A stretch of 64,000 nt of DNA from Sarea resinae (Eukaryota). Of the stretch, positions 37,410 to 49,339 are shown piece after piece (within the stretch, counting starts at the first letter, position 1; each line of letters starts with the position of its first letter). The stretch covers positions 248,001 to 312,000 of the forward strand of contig JAPEUD010000008.1 in the NCBI GenBank assembly GCA_026026165.1, in the 5' to 3' direction. The translations under genes were made by a program, and so were the position numbers. The notes beneath the pieces are model-generated. The model searched no databases. It was not told the origin of the DNA and saw only the letters and a program-made list of their open reading frames with translations.

Positions 37410-38934
37410 TCAATAGTGGCTATCGCGCCAATACATCTCGAGCTTGGGCATCGACTGTCGGCAAACCTTGCCCACATTCATGACTTTGACGTCGTGCTCC
37501 ACAGTGTAGACCTTGTCAAAATTCACCCTGGATGCGTGATCGAGCCCGCCCGAAGAACCACCAGTCCTCTCAACTTTCAAAGGCTCCTTGGTCATCCCGT
37601 TCTCATTTTCTAGCGGCGTAGGCTCTGTGCCATCCATGTATATGATGGCATGTGTCTCAGGCCTCAACCCAGGTTTCAATGTCCCCCTTCCGCCGTATGT
37701 GGAAATAGGGCTATGCAGAAATTAGCCATCTCCCGGGCCCTTACCTCGCACACTTACATGCACCAACAACAACCCTTTTTCTGACTGACGACCACCATCC
37801 GCCGAGTCGAAGAATATATTGGTTCTCCATATCTCCCGATGGAAATCTCCGTTTTGCTATAGTCTGTAGCATTCGATCCTGCGTTCGATCCTGCGTTCTC
37901 ATGAAAAAGCATCTTGAAAACCTGGCCTCGATTTGTTAGCAGCGAAGATGCTCTTGTGGATGGCTTTGACTGACTCGACCAACAGAAAACCATTTACTCG
38001 CGTCTGATCGTACTTTGTACTCTGTCATGAATCAGTTCCTGGTCTCAAATTTCAATCTGGTACGGATTCACCGCTACTTAAAGGCCCTTCTTTTCCTCGA
38101 GTTCGAGCTCCAGAGATGTGAGGAGCGAACTGAAGGCCTTAATCAAAGTTAGCCGACCAAGGAGACAAACTTGGACTATCTGATCCTTTGGGGAAATTTC
38201 CTTACGACTGTCCATCGCCATTGGCGTGTTGCCTTGAGACGGTAATGGCTGGCTGATCAGATTGTTAGTCGGGGCCAGTCCTGGGTTAGGCCTCGATTGC
38301 GAAGGGCTCGGAGTGCTCAGTGCATTGACTTGGGGTTGCCCCATTTGAGAGTACGACTGGCTGTTCAAATTGGAAGCGGGAGGCCGTCTCGGTTCCAGCC
38401 ACCTTTGTGACTGATGGAGGGTGTCTGGAGCACGGCCCAGTGGCCTTGGATGATTGTATGAGGAGTACTGGGGTGGCAATGACTGTCCGCTCAAAGTGTA
38501 GTTTGGACGCTGCGAGGGAGGAAATTCTGCCTGTGAGTTGTGCACCAGGTATGATGGCCTGCCTTGGGCTTGCAATGACGGGCTGTTCAGTCTGGACATC
38601 GTCAGCTGTCCAGCGCTGCTTCTTGGCTGGGACAAATCCCATGGTCTCTCAGATGGCTGAAGCGAAATCAAAGAGCTGTGAGAGAGTTAGTGCGTCTTCT
38701 CCTTTCCAAGAAGATTGCTCTCGACCTCTGAGTTAAGGGGGCGGGTGGAATAGGCTGGATAAATCCTCTGCCGTTTTGAGTAGACCAAGCGGGCTGTCTA
38801 CCTAGACAATTCAGTTTAGATCAGTGCTTGATTGACATGCTTACGGACGACATATATCACATACCTCGAGCATCACCATCCTCATAGTAATCAACATTCG
38901 CTGCTTGACGCGGCGTTCTGTTGAGGTCGCCCAT
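37410..38934 (-). CDS. DUF6590-like protein (low-complexity N-terminus, C-terminal PemK/MazF-like domain), 7 exons
   Basis: Splices without stops from ATG 38934 (MGDLNRTPRQ...) to EYKVRSDASKWFSVGR-VFKMLFHENAG...YSSTRRMVVVSQKKGCCWC-IPISTYGGRGTLKPGLRPETHAIIY...LDHASRVNFDKVYTVEHDVKVMNVGKV. Confidence 0.8.
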
Positions 38935-40355
38935 TATGCTCCCCTTCTGCGGACTCCTGATGCTCTGATACGGAGAATGACGGTGCCATTCTGGCCACTC
39001 AAATAGAGATAGAGCAATCGATTCTGCGGCTCTGCGTCGACTTATGGCTTGTTATGAGTATCCCAAGATGGTGTGCGGGTTATCCGGCGGTGTGCGGGTT
39101 GTCTTCGCCATGTTCGTGCACCGAGGTTCGTCTTGTGCTGGCCATAGGTAAAGCGAAATCCACGTTGCACGCACACGAACCACCACGCGGATGATGGATG
39201 CCAGGAAAGGTGTCGATGAAGATGCATGCCCTGGCTATCACGTTTGCCGTGTATGTAGACGGGACGACCCCGGCGTATCCTTCAGTATCCCTCCCTCTCA
39301 TCCGCGTTCCCTCCCTCCCATCCCGGTCGATGACCCGCCGCGGCTTTGAAACCGAAAAGCGGCATGACGACCTCCACTGCTAGCACTGCTCGCAGTGCAT
39401 GGCGAGAAGGTCTGGGGTGAGATGGTTAGATCGATGCCCCCTCTCTCCCGCTCTCCATCTGCTGCCGCATTGGCTATCATCACGACGATCATGGTACAGA
39501 AGTATGCAATTGACACCTTGTCTCTCTTGCCTACTTTGCCTGCCTACCTTACCTACCCCTTCCAGCCTATCAAAGGCTTTCCGGCTTCCAATGACGGGCA
39601 GCTCGACGTATGATGAGGACGTCTTTAACGAGACCTCACCACCCCCCCTTCACCCCCTTTTGTTGCCGTCATAAAGGTCTGCCGTCCTCACCAATCGTAA
39701 GAGGGCCCATGATTTGGGCTTGATGTGCGACGTCTAACATCATCTACCTGTATCCTATGTATGCTTGTTGGGCACACTCAAGCGTTCCGTTCCTCCGGCA
39801 TTTGCCAGACCCGGAAAGACTCCTGATTCCCGGTGTTCCTCAAAGGATCAAGTGCAAGCAAAAGCAGTTCCTCACCTGTGACTGAACAGCAGGAGCTCGA
39901 CGCACTCGAACGAGAGTACCTCGCTCATTAGGAAGAAAGGCGTATACTCCATGCTCTCGAGTCGAAGGTCGGCTGACGACATACAGCCCGCAGCTGCTTT
40001 GGTGATGCATGCTTGATTGCGTGCCACAACCTTGACAAGATCTTGAGCCTCTAAAGCCTTTATGCAAAGTATCTTCAGCATTCAATGCAGCAAGGGCACT
40101 TATACTGATCTTGTTACATCGTGCCTCTACTCCCGTAGTAGAGGAGTCTTCTAGTCTTTCTTCCACCCGCCATGACACATTCCCTGCGGTGACTGATTTT
40201 CTTGATGCCCAATCGCATCATCCTGGCTGTCACCCTAGGCCAGATGATCGAGCAGAGCTTGGCTATACCGATCATCGCACGGAAGCGCAATCGTATACAG
40301 CGGCTCTGCCGTGTTACTCCGCAAGGAGGGATAGGGTTGTCTCCCACACATTCTC

Positions 40356-41471
40356 ATGGACCTACCGCTGGGGAGCGACGCCCCAAAAAACATTAGGCTC
40401 GAAAAGTTTGAGATGCTAAGGGATCGCCTAAGGGGTAGGCGCATGGATGCGATAGGAACACGTCTGAAGGCCCATGAGATGCGGAATGCCCTTCGACGGA
40501 AGAGGGAAATTGCCAGCGATGCTGACGCAAAACTCATGAAGGCCCTCAATTCTCATTTTGCCACAAAGCTTCCCGACGATAGTTCTGCACTTTACACTCT
40601 GTTTGAGGACTGTCGCCAGGCCCGAGAAAGCTACAACCCCCTTGAAATCGAATACAATCAGCTTGAAGACAGACTAGATTTAGAAGAGTATGACGTCGTG
40701 CAGGAAGAGAATCGCTTTTACGATAAATACGGCGGCATATATAGCAATGGCTCTTCCAATTTTGCGGACCACGAGGATTATGGTGGCTCTATTGTGTCAG
40801 AAAGCACTGCCAGCACAGAGCCAGCGCTGGATTACCCTCCTATACTTATCCAGTACCTTTCACGACTAGGCGATGCAGATATGATTAAAGAACGTCTTGA
40901 TGATTTACTTCACGAACAGGCAGAATGCCTGGAGGTAGAGAGTGTTCGAAGACGCTTCGGTGCCTCACCCTCTTCAGCCAACAAGCAGTTCCTTCAAGAA
41001 TTCAATGAAATGCACACGAAGGTGCTAGCTGAAATGGAAGCTGTGAGGAGTGACGTTCGCCAATTAGAACAGGAGGCTCTGAAACAGGGCGTCCTTACTG
41101 TGACGGAGCATTTTCATGATGAATCAGACTCTGAGCAGCTTACGCTTGAGAGCACAGCTTCTGGGACGCGGATGGATCCTCTGTTGCTTGCCGAAGACGA
41201 GAAAGGGGTCTTTGACACGCTCATCGAGCATGATACGAATGATCCGATCAGTACGCGAAAGCGGATCAATCTCTGGTTATTGCATGTGATGCGTTCCTCA
41301 CAGCTCGAGATCGACCGGTATCGGGCTAATAAGCACCTGGGGGACACTTCTCTGGACGATGAGACTTGGACACGTATGGTACTGGAGACCTGGTCAGAGG
41401 ATGACGATGCCATGGCATCCGTGTCCTCCATTAGCTCTTCAGGGGGCCCTACCTCGACTCATTCTAGCTGA
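40356..41471 (+). CDS. Hypothetical acidic coiled-coil protein; 5' end uncertain
   Basis: 371-aa ORF with heptad-like segments (LEIEYNQLEDRLDLEEY; YLSRLGDADMIKERLDDL) and RINLWLLH. The upstream ORF 40111-40419, in another frame, may be a frameshifted or spliced N-terminus. Confidence 0.7.
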   Translation: MDLPLGSDAPKNIRLEKFEMLRDRLRGRRMDAIGTRLKAHEMRNALRRKREIASDADAKLMKALNSHFATKLPDDSSALYTLFEDCRQARESYNPLEIEYNQLEDRLDLEEYDVVQEENRFYDKYGGIYSNGSSNFADHEDYGGSIVSESTASTEPALDYPPILIQYLSRLGDADMIKERLDDLLHEQAECLEVESVRRRFGASPSSANKQFLQEFNEMHTKVLAEMEAVRSDVRQLEQEALKQGVLTVTEHFHDESDSEQLTLESTASGTRMDPLLLAEDEKGVFDTLIEHDTNDPISTRKRINLWLLHVMRSSQLEIDRYRANKHLGDTSLDDETWTRMVLETWSEDDDAMASVSSISSSGGPTSTHSS

Positions 41472-42929
41472 GACCGGCAACCTTGACCAAACTGGCCTGT
41501 AATGTCATTCGGTCCACTATTTGTTCAGGTCTGCCTCCTCTCATCGCCTCCTCTCATCAGCACCAACTACAAGACTCCGCTGTTCCTGGACGTTTGGCTT
41601 TGGATTTTGTCGACGTTATTCGTTCAGTTGTGATTGCCCCTTTCTCCTTTTCCGTCATTTTGGATTAGGGACGATTATTTAATCTAAATGCGAAAAAGGT
41701 TGGAGCTTATCACTATAGACATGTGCCAAGGTAAAGTGTAGAGTCTAGGTGTGGATAAGGCTAAATCTCTCTCAAAAAATCAAAATCAGTCCTATTTCTA
41801 CAATCCGTCACACGTGGAGTACACTGGACCTCTGCCGCCATCAAATACGGCCCAGTAGCTGTTCAGTAAGCATCTCCCCGCTCAACCGTATTTGTCAAAT
41901 ACAAGAGAGAACAGGGCAGCAACACGGGACTCAGAAAGAGTCTCCAACACCGGCAACGGGAGAGGTAAAGCAGCGAGACAAGCACCCTGGATCCCTGTCA
42001 GCGCCGTCACCTTCCTTGCACATGCACTACTCCGTATGTCTTCGGTCATTTGCCGATTCATTACGCGTGGATGTCATCTGCGCAGACGGCAAGGCCATCC
42101 TCGTCTTTATTGTGCCGTTACCCTGCAGCAGAGGACGGGATCGATCCAGAGCAGTTACATCCCTGTGCCGTATCTGGAGACTTTGAAGCTCCCAATATTC
42201 TCCCTCTCTCCGCCCGTATAGCTAGTAAAAAGACGCGGCGGGAATCGGTACTCAACCATCGGTGCAGTGGGTAAGGTATCTCGCTCTTATGACGCGTCGT
42301 GGCATCCCCACTGTAATTGGACTTTGTACTGTGCGTCTTGCCAGCCACGAGCCATGGTGTATAAAACGGAAATCCACAACAATGAATTCGCTACATGAGG
42401 GTAGCGGTCAGGTGGCATGTTGAACCCATTCATCTCGGCTCTCGTCACTTTGTGATACATCGATTTGTACCTTGCCGGCGGTTATCATAAGGTACCTTAG
42501 GCTTTGGAGGCCAGAATGTTTACTTCAGTACAGCCGCGGTCTTCGGCTACGCATAGGACTGAGCTGCGGCGGATTGACTCTCGACGTCGGCACTAAAGAA
42601 TGCCCTTGCCTTGAGAGTCAGCTCATCGACAAAGGTTTCTAACGAATTGGATACATCTTGGAAACATCTCGATCACTAAAACGACAGGCTCGATTTGTTT
42701 GGACAGATGAAAGGTTTGCGCCGCATGTCGACATCATGCATAGATGAACCAAGAGAAGACGGCAGTTTGCCCCATCATTGACCGCTTTTCACATCCATCG
42801 CACGAATTCTCGACATCAACGGTTTGCCCGGCTGCTGGCGATGTAGAAGGTAGGCCTTGCTTTCACCTAAGTAAAGAGTGGAAACCTCACCTCCAGCCGC
42901 CTGCATCATCCCCCGCCTCGACAAAAGTC

Positions 42930-43407
42930 GCCAAGTGCAACTGCTTCATCTGCACCAAGAATGGCTAGTTCCACGTCTATCTGCGCAGGGCTGGCGTGGT
43001 ATTCGTATCTGGCGAGAACGAGTTCGCAGTATCGCTTTGGGGGTGGACTTGTCTGCCCAACCTGCGGCTCTTCTGTCCGAGTCGACTCTGGCGAATCACC
43101 ATCAGAGAGGGAGAGCGAACTTCCGGCTAGCCATCAATGTATGTCAATATCCTGCTTTCCAATGTTGAATGTTTGGTATTCTTTTCGCTTCTGTCGATTT
43201 TACCGAGTCCCTGACGTCATCCCTTGATATGTCGTATAAGAGCTGATCTCTGTGCACAGAGCAAGATCAATGTGGCAGCGACTCTTGGAACTCTTCGTCC
43301 AAGATCCCCAAATCCTCCGGCCCATTCCATCCAGATTTCGCCCATTTCATGCAAGTCGCCGAATTCGACCGACGAGATAGACCTAGAGATCAAGGCCTTT
43401 TGATGGG
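42930..43407 (+). pseudogene. GFA / CENP-V (Mss4-like, Zn-binding) family pseudogene
   Basis: Collinear family motifs are spread over three frames: KCNCFICTKNG*(TAG 42966-42968)FHVY...FVSGEN; QYRFG...CPTCGSSV; LAIN followed by a GTATGT donor; and DEIDL..K.F/DG. Confidence 0.7.
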
Positions 43408-44704
43408 TACTTTAGTGCACCCGCGCGTTCCCAGCCATGGGGTAGGTAGCGGACCGAGCCGTGGCGGCGGACCGAGGGGCCGTCTGGTATCTCGCCTTCG
43501 GTAGCTAACCGAGTCGAGGTGACGGTCAGGGCAGGGAACGAATGTCCAATGCACTCAGGTGTCCAGGTTTCCCCAGTCATCTGATGCCAACAGTGAGTGC
43601 ATTCTCATCATTGCCATGTTATTTTGAGGCTCTACAAAGGCAGCAAATATCCGAGCAGGCCTTGAGTAGTCTAGCCAAATTGGGAGAAGCAGTCATCTCC
43701 AGGGCTGCACTGGGGATTGTACTAGAGTAAGGTAGGTCGGGAAAGTAGATGGTAAGGTAGTAAGGTAAGGTAGGTAGGGTAATGTAGTAGTATGCCACCT
43801 TAACTGGGTGAGGTGTGTCGAGCCAATTACATCTCTTCGACACATACTCCAATGAGATATTCATTGCTTCATAGCACAGTACCTTTTCAGACCTCTCTCG
43901 GGGTCGACAAAAGCGACCCTGGTCTCGAAAACCTCGGTCATCATTGCCCGTCTCTTCCTATCAACGGCAGGAAGAAGAGACGCGTTCACTTCGCTGTCAA
44001 GGCCTCCTCAAGGCCTTCTCAAGATGGCTGTGCTTATGTATTACCTCCTTGTGCTGTAGTCATAGGTATGGATGGACGATCTCCACTCAAATGGGCTTAG
44101 CGTCCAATGCGCATTGGAAGCCCTGACCGTCTGGCTTTCACGACGTCTGACAAGCAATAACGGACGAACAACTGGAATGGATAGAGTGGTCCGGAGAGCC
44201 TCTTCCCATATCCAAGATGCCGATAAAGCGCCATGAGAATAGAATTCTCGAAAAGGCTGCAGTTATATACGGAAAGCAGGAGACTGGCTCTTCGCGATTC
44301 AGTCAGTCAGCCTGAAGCGATCTCACCGCTGAAGAAACTTCCTTTCGGAACACCTGGAAGCATCACGGACATAATCGAAAGCCGGTGGAAGAATTGAACG
44401 AGGTCACCTCAACTGGACTGTCCTGATAGCGGGTCATGATCCTGGCTATATGGACTAGGTACAGCAAAGAAGTCCGCGATGATACCTTGGGAATACCTTC
44501 GGAGACCGTCATCGTTTCGCAGGGAAATATGAGTCGGACTTAATAAGCTTGCAACTGATATAAGTGTCTTAACTTTGGTTGACCTAGTCCGTCCTTTGCT
44601 AATCAAAACATTCCCCAACGACCGAGACATCAGACCGGAAAGCGAAAATCAATATCAAAAATGCCTTTTTCATAGACTCGCGTATCGCTGGACCTCTCCT
44701 AAGA

Positions 44705-45755
44705 TCATGGTGAGCTGGTGAAGCTTCCTTGCTCTTCGACCCAGCCTAGAAAGGCACGTTCGCTCGGACCTGGAGGAAGATTAGTGGTGACACAGCTCAG
44801 CCCCTGAGGTTACTTACTGGGTGTGGTGATTGATGCAGAGGGATGGATGTGAATTACACGGCTATCAACAGTCTGGACACTCATGGCGCCTTGAGGTGTT
44901 ACAGTCGCATATATCCCATCTACTTCCAACCTTCTCAAACAAACCCGAACTCGATACCAGCCTGCCTCTCTGATCATCAAATCTGGGAAGGTTATATAGC
45001 CAATATCACTATGTTGCTGAATAGGTTCCGGAGAGGTTGCTTCTCCGTTCACCAGAGGTGCTGCGTGATCATCGTGGCTCGAGAGTGGGTGAACAGACTG
45101 GTGGATGTTGCCCACGAGCAGATCTCCTCTGGGAGGGGCTAGTGTTTCGTCGCCATTCTGGTTCGTCAGATACGCCGTCGCCAGCAAGCGGCCAAGCTCA
45201 AGTGGGGTATCTTCACGATCATCTCTGACTGCACGACTCCTTTGACGGAGGGTGATGGGAGGATGAAGTGCAGTATTTGGTCGAGCTTCTGCCGGTGGCT
45301 GAATGACGATGTCTATTTCATACAGGGGTTCGTTGTCTGCTGATATATTGTCTATGCCTCGAGGAGACATGTTGTCCTCGTGTTGGTCTTCCTGGACGGG
45401 GAAAGTGGTGTGCCGAGACTCGAAAATCTCACGTTCTCTGCTGTTTTCTCGCGCGTTCCTTGCTGCTCTTGTCTGCCTACGCAGCCGATCTCGAGCCTCT
45501 TCTGCCGCACTGCTCCTTGCTCTCCACCTCACAGGATCCTGTGCTAAATCAGGTGCGCTGGAGTCCGTGTCTCTTTCGATCGGGTCCCCTCCTATTCTTC
45601 GAAACGAAAGTTCTGCAAGGCGGGCAGAGCGCCTTGTAGAGAGTCCTGAAAATCTGATGAAGCGTCAATGAAGAATCCCTGAGAGGAGTACTTTGAGATT
45701 ACCGGGGGCTCCTGCTTCGACGTAAATGGTTTTGCCGGTCTCGACCAAGAGGCAT
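44705..45755 (-). CDS. Divergent velvet-domain protein, 3 exons
   Basis: Splices as MPLGRDRQNHLRRSRSPR-FSGLSTRRSARL...YEIDIVIQPPAEARPNTALHPPI...LLVG...GYITFPDLMIREAGWYRVRVCL...VDSRVIHIH...TP-SPSERAFLGWVEEQG. This matches the velvet consensus Y.L.V.QQP..AR, PPP, F.FPDLSVR.EG.YRL and S..F..QG. Confidence 0.8.
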
Positions 45756-47140
45756 CTGGTGCGCAACTTACCGCCTGCGATTGCTGTTAGAAATCACAGT
45801 ATATTGCACATCCTCGATATTCCGAAACCTTATGCAAGGCACTGAACGGGAAGCTGCATTTGCATAGCAAAAGTACAAGGGGTTTGTTTGCTCTAATTCC
45901 TTCGCCAGCCACGGAATCCGTCAAATGCTGCCATTTTTGAGCGCGAAGTTAAAAAACGAGTGGATGCCATGGCGTGCCCAGAATAGCTCGGCAGCCCGCT
46001 TGACAGACACATGGCCCTCCAAAATGCAGGGTCGCGTTCGCAATTTGGAGTAGCTGTCTCTCAAGCGAGTGACGTGGGGTCGATTTGGATTAACCTTCCG
46101 CAACGACGATCCCACTTGTTCCAGGTTCACTTGTTCCAGAACCTCGATCTGGCATTTGATACAAATCACAGTATGAATGTCGTGATAGACGCTCTTGCTG
46201 CTGGGCATCCCCGAGGGACTCTGCCGTATGGGTCGATCGAATGCTTGCGGAGCTTCCAAAAACGGGTATAGTGGATCCTCGCGGATGTAACGCATGCCTT
46301 GGCTTCCGACGCCTTATCGCATCTGGCAGATTATCGGCTCGCACCCAGAGCCGGCAGCCAAAACACGATAGAAGGACAATCGCAGTTGAACAAGATATCA
46401 GATAATCAAATGTGCGCAATGCAGCAGCGCCGCTATAAACTCCAGAAGCGATATATGAAGCACCCTTAGGTCTCGTGGGACCGAAAGCAAGGTTCGGAGT
46501 GGGGATAATTGAAAGAAGCAAGAAACATTATGGAGAACCCACCTCTATTTCTATGTCCAGCTACTCTTGTCTTCGGTGGGAACCCTGCCTCTCGGCAAGC
46601 TTTATTTGTGTTCACTGAATTCGCCCCTCTCTCGGTTGATATAGAGGCTGCCTTTCGAATGCCTCTGTTGGTGCTTAGTTGCGATTCTCCTGGCAAAATG
46701 GTCAGCCATGCCAAAGGATACATCTAATTCTCAGAGTATCTTTCGGGCGACGTGAACCTGACAGATATTCCTGTGCGCACTTCTCCTGGTATGTGCTCGA
46801 GACTTTGCCCGAACCAATATGGCGGGGCAAACGATGGTCTCAGCGTTCGATTGCGGCGACGGGACGATCGCAGAAGATATTAGCCGTTCAGGGAAGGTCA
46901 GATGGCACCAGAGTCTTGATGCCAACGTACAGAAACTCCGACAGAGTCTGCTCTGCTGAAGATGAATTCGACTGGAAGGGTTCTTTGAACATTGAGCCCC
47001 AGCCTCAGACCATCGATTACTTATTTATACAGGCTGCTATGTAGGTAAAATCTCTATAACAAGATCCATCTGTTCGCCTGATACGAGGCGCTGTCAGAGC
47101 CCTTGTGACGGCCGTAGATCCTTCACCGCCCAGCAATCTT

Positions 47141-47186
47141 AAGGAGCCGCCCTTGGCTTTGTCAAGAAGCCGCCCTTGGCTTTGAC
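47141..47186 (+). repeat. Two tandem 23-bp units
   Basis: AAGGAGCCGCCCTTGGCTTTGTC / AAGAAGCCGCCCTTGGCTTTGAC (21/23 identical). Confidence 0.9.
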
Positions 47187-49159
47187 ATCCTCATCGCAGA
47201 TCGTTACGTGCGGGATCGTCTCTTCGATTTGAGAGACTTGCCATGATATTACTCCTTATAGTACTTCTCATGCCTAGAAGGACCAATATCAGCCCTTGGG
47301 CGTGAACGGGCGCCTCTCTACCAATCAAGTCGGGCGCGGCTGCAGCTAAGCGAGACGGCTTCTACAAGCCCTCTGAGGCCTCGATCCCGCGGACATGGTT
47401 AAACATTTTCAAGGCGTCTCCGGTAGATCCAGCCCGGCTCCTGGTCTTGCAAGAATCTGTCATGCATACCTCGGGTCCAAAGCATGGCAAGCGTGGCGTT
47501 GCCACGCTTCAGACTATTCCAGGGCTATTTCATGGCAGCAAACTCTCTTGCACGCCACGAATGCGCGGCTGGGCCCGGCCATCTCTAATTCTATCCAGGG
47601 GTGAATTTAAGGTTCAGAAGAGTTGAACCAAGGTCCCCACAAAGGCTTCTCCGCCTCATCGGAAACATAGCGCCGAACGTGCCCTAAAGCCCTTTCATGC
47701 CTTTGAAGCTACCGATTCGTCCTTGTTCTCCACGGCTGATGTTCGAAGCTCGTCAGGACGGGTTCGCCCGTGTAACATTCTCCTCTTTGTATTTCCGGGC
47801 CCATCTCACATTGTTGCAGGTATGCATAACATCCTGGATAGAATGGATATGACATGCAAGACGTCGCATGAGTCAACAACTAGGCAGATTGTCTGCCATC
47901 TATCTCCTATGCAATGCGCGTATCACAGACTTGAGATCTTGTCTTATCTCCTCAGAGGCGTTTTTACTCTTCCAGGTCATTGTTTCCTGCTCGGCGTGAA
48001 GAACGCTTTCAGACGTCCTCGCAGATTTGTTTAATGACTAGTACCCTCACGAATCTGCGACCATGACACTTGTTCTGAGGGCCCTATTACGAGGCGTTGA
48101 TTACCATCATATTACTACTATGCAATGGAGTGTTCTTTCGACTCAACTTCGATACCTTTCTCCACGGATCAGGTTCATACCTAAGGTAGATTGTGGCTTT
48201 CGAGTGGTTTTACCTTCCGACTTTAGCTCCTTGTTTTCGTACATCTTCATTGCCATACCTGAGCTCTGACGATTATCTAGAGGCTAATCACGGCACCAAA
48301 GATGGATCCCCGGCAGATGAAGATGTGAAAGTTGATCGAATTACCTTGAGTAGCATGTTAAAGGCGTACTGCCTTGATTATGGCGGTCTCTTCTTGCTTA
48401 CATGACGGCAAGCGCTTGAACTACTGTGGCAGATTTATGCGTCTACTTAGTCCAAGCATCATTCCTATTTGGCCTCAAGGTACTGAGACAGCCCTATCTC
48501 TCAGAAATCCCTTCGCGGATAATTTCTCTGGTTTCATTAAGCCTCTTGCTTTGTTCAAATAAGGTAAGCAGCAGACACCACTGTCAGGGAATTGTAAATA
48601 CACATGACATGTCGCTTGGTATGGTAATTTGAATGGAAATTCCCACCAGGAAGATTCACCGGGGAGGGAAGCAATCAACACCCCCTAACACAGTACTACT
48701 CTAAAATGCCTTCACTGCTCATGATTATGGTCATGAAACCCGCCTTTACTCAAGTGTCATTCTAAGCTCTCCTGCTGGGATCGCAACTACTTACCTCATG
48801 CAAAGAAGTACCGCTTGCGGATTCAAATGCGGTGCTCCTTTCCAGAGTCTGTTTACGGTTGAGGAGGGCACGACTGACCCGAGCCCCTTCCCCTTTTCAT
48901 TCGCAACACATCAACAAACGGCACCACCATACACCATGAGCGCAGTTCTTCGTCCAGATCATCGTCGCCGAGTTGCGTTGTCTTCTCTCTCCACTTGCAT
49001 CTCCCTTCTTCATTTCTCGTTTTGTTCGCATCGACGCTTTTCGCACTTGAGCAAGTCAACCTGTGCGGAATTCATCCTCTCAATCGTCGATATCATCAAG
49101 ACCCCTTTTCGAGCGTGTGTTTTCGACATCTTCAGCTTCCTGGAGCTGGTTGGGTGTTT

Positions 49160-49339
49160 ATGGACGAAGTCGCAGAACGCGATATCACCAGCACTCCCGC
49201 AATTCTTGGCAGCTTGCTTTTCGCTGTTGTGTCCCTTATTGGATTCGTCTCGACTTGTCTTCTCTATACTAGAAGAAGGGTACTGGACGAGCAGCGCGAG
49301 GAATCTGGGATCGAGCTTCAAGTCCGAAATCGTCAATAA
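49160..49339 (+). CDS. Putative 59-aa single-pass membrane microprotein or uORF (copy 1)
   Basis: MDEVAERDITSTPAILGSLLFAVVSLIGFVSTCLLYTRRRVLDEQREESGIELQVRNRQ*: acidic N-terminus, TM helix, RRR and IEL motif. Confidence 0.5.
   Translation: MDEVAERDITSTPAILGSLLFAVVSLIGFVSTCLLYTRRRVLDEQREESGIELQVRNRQ

Noticed and set aside
45921..48790. Many short overlapping ORFs in the island
   Set aside because: No recognisable motif or consistent splice model; they may be decayed genes but no call can be supported.
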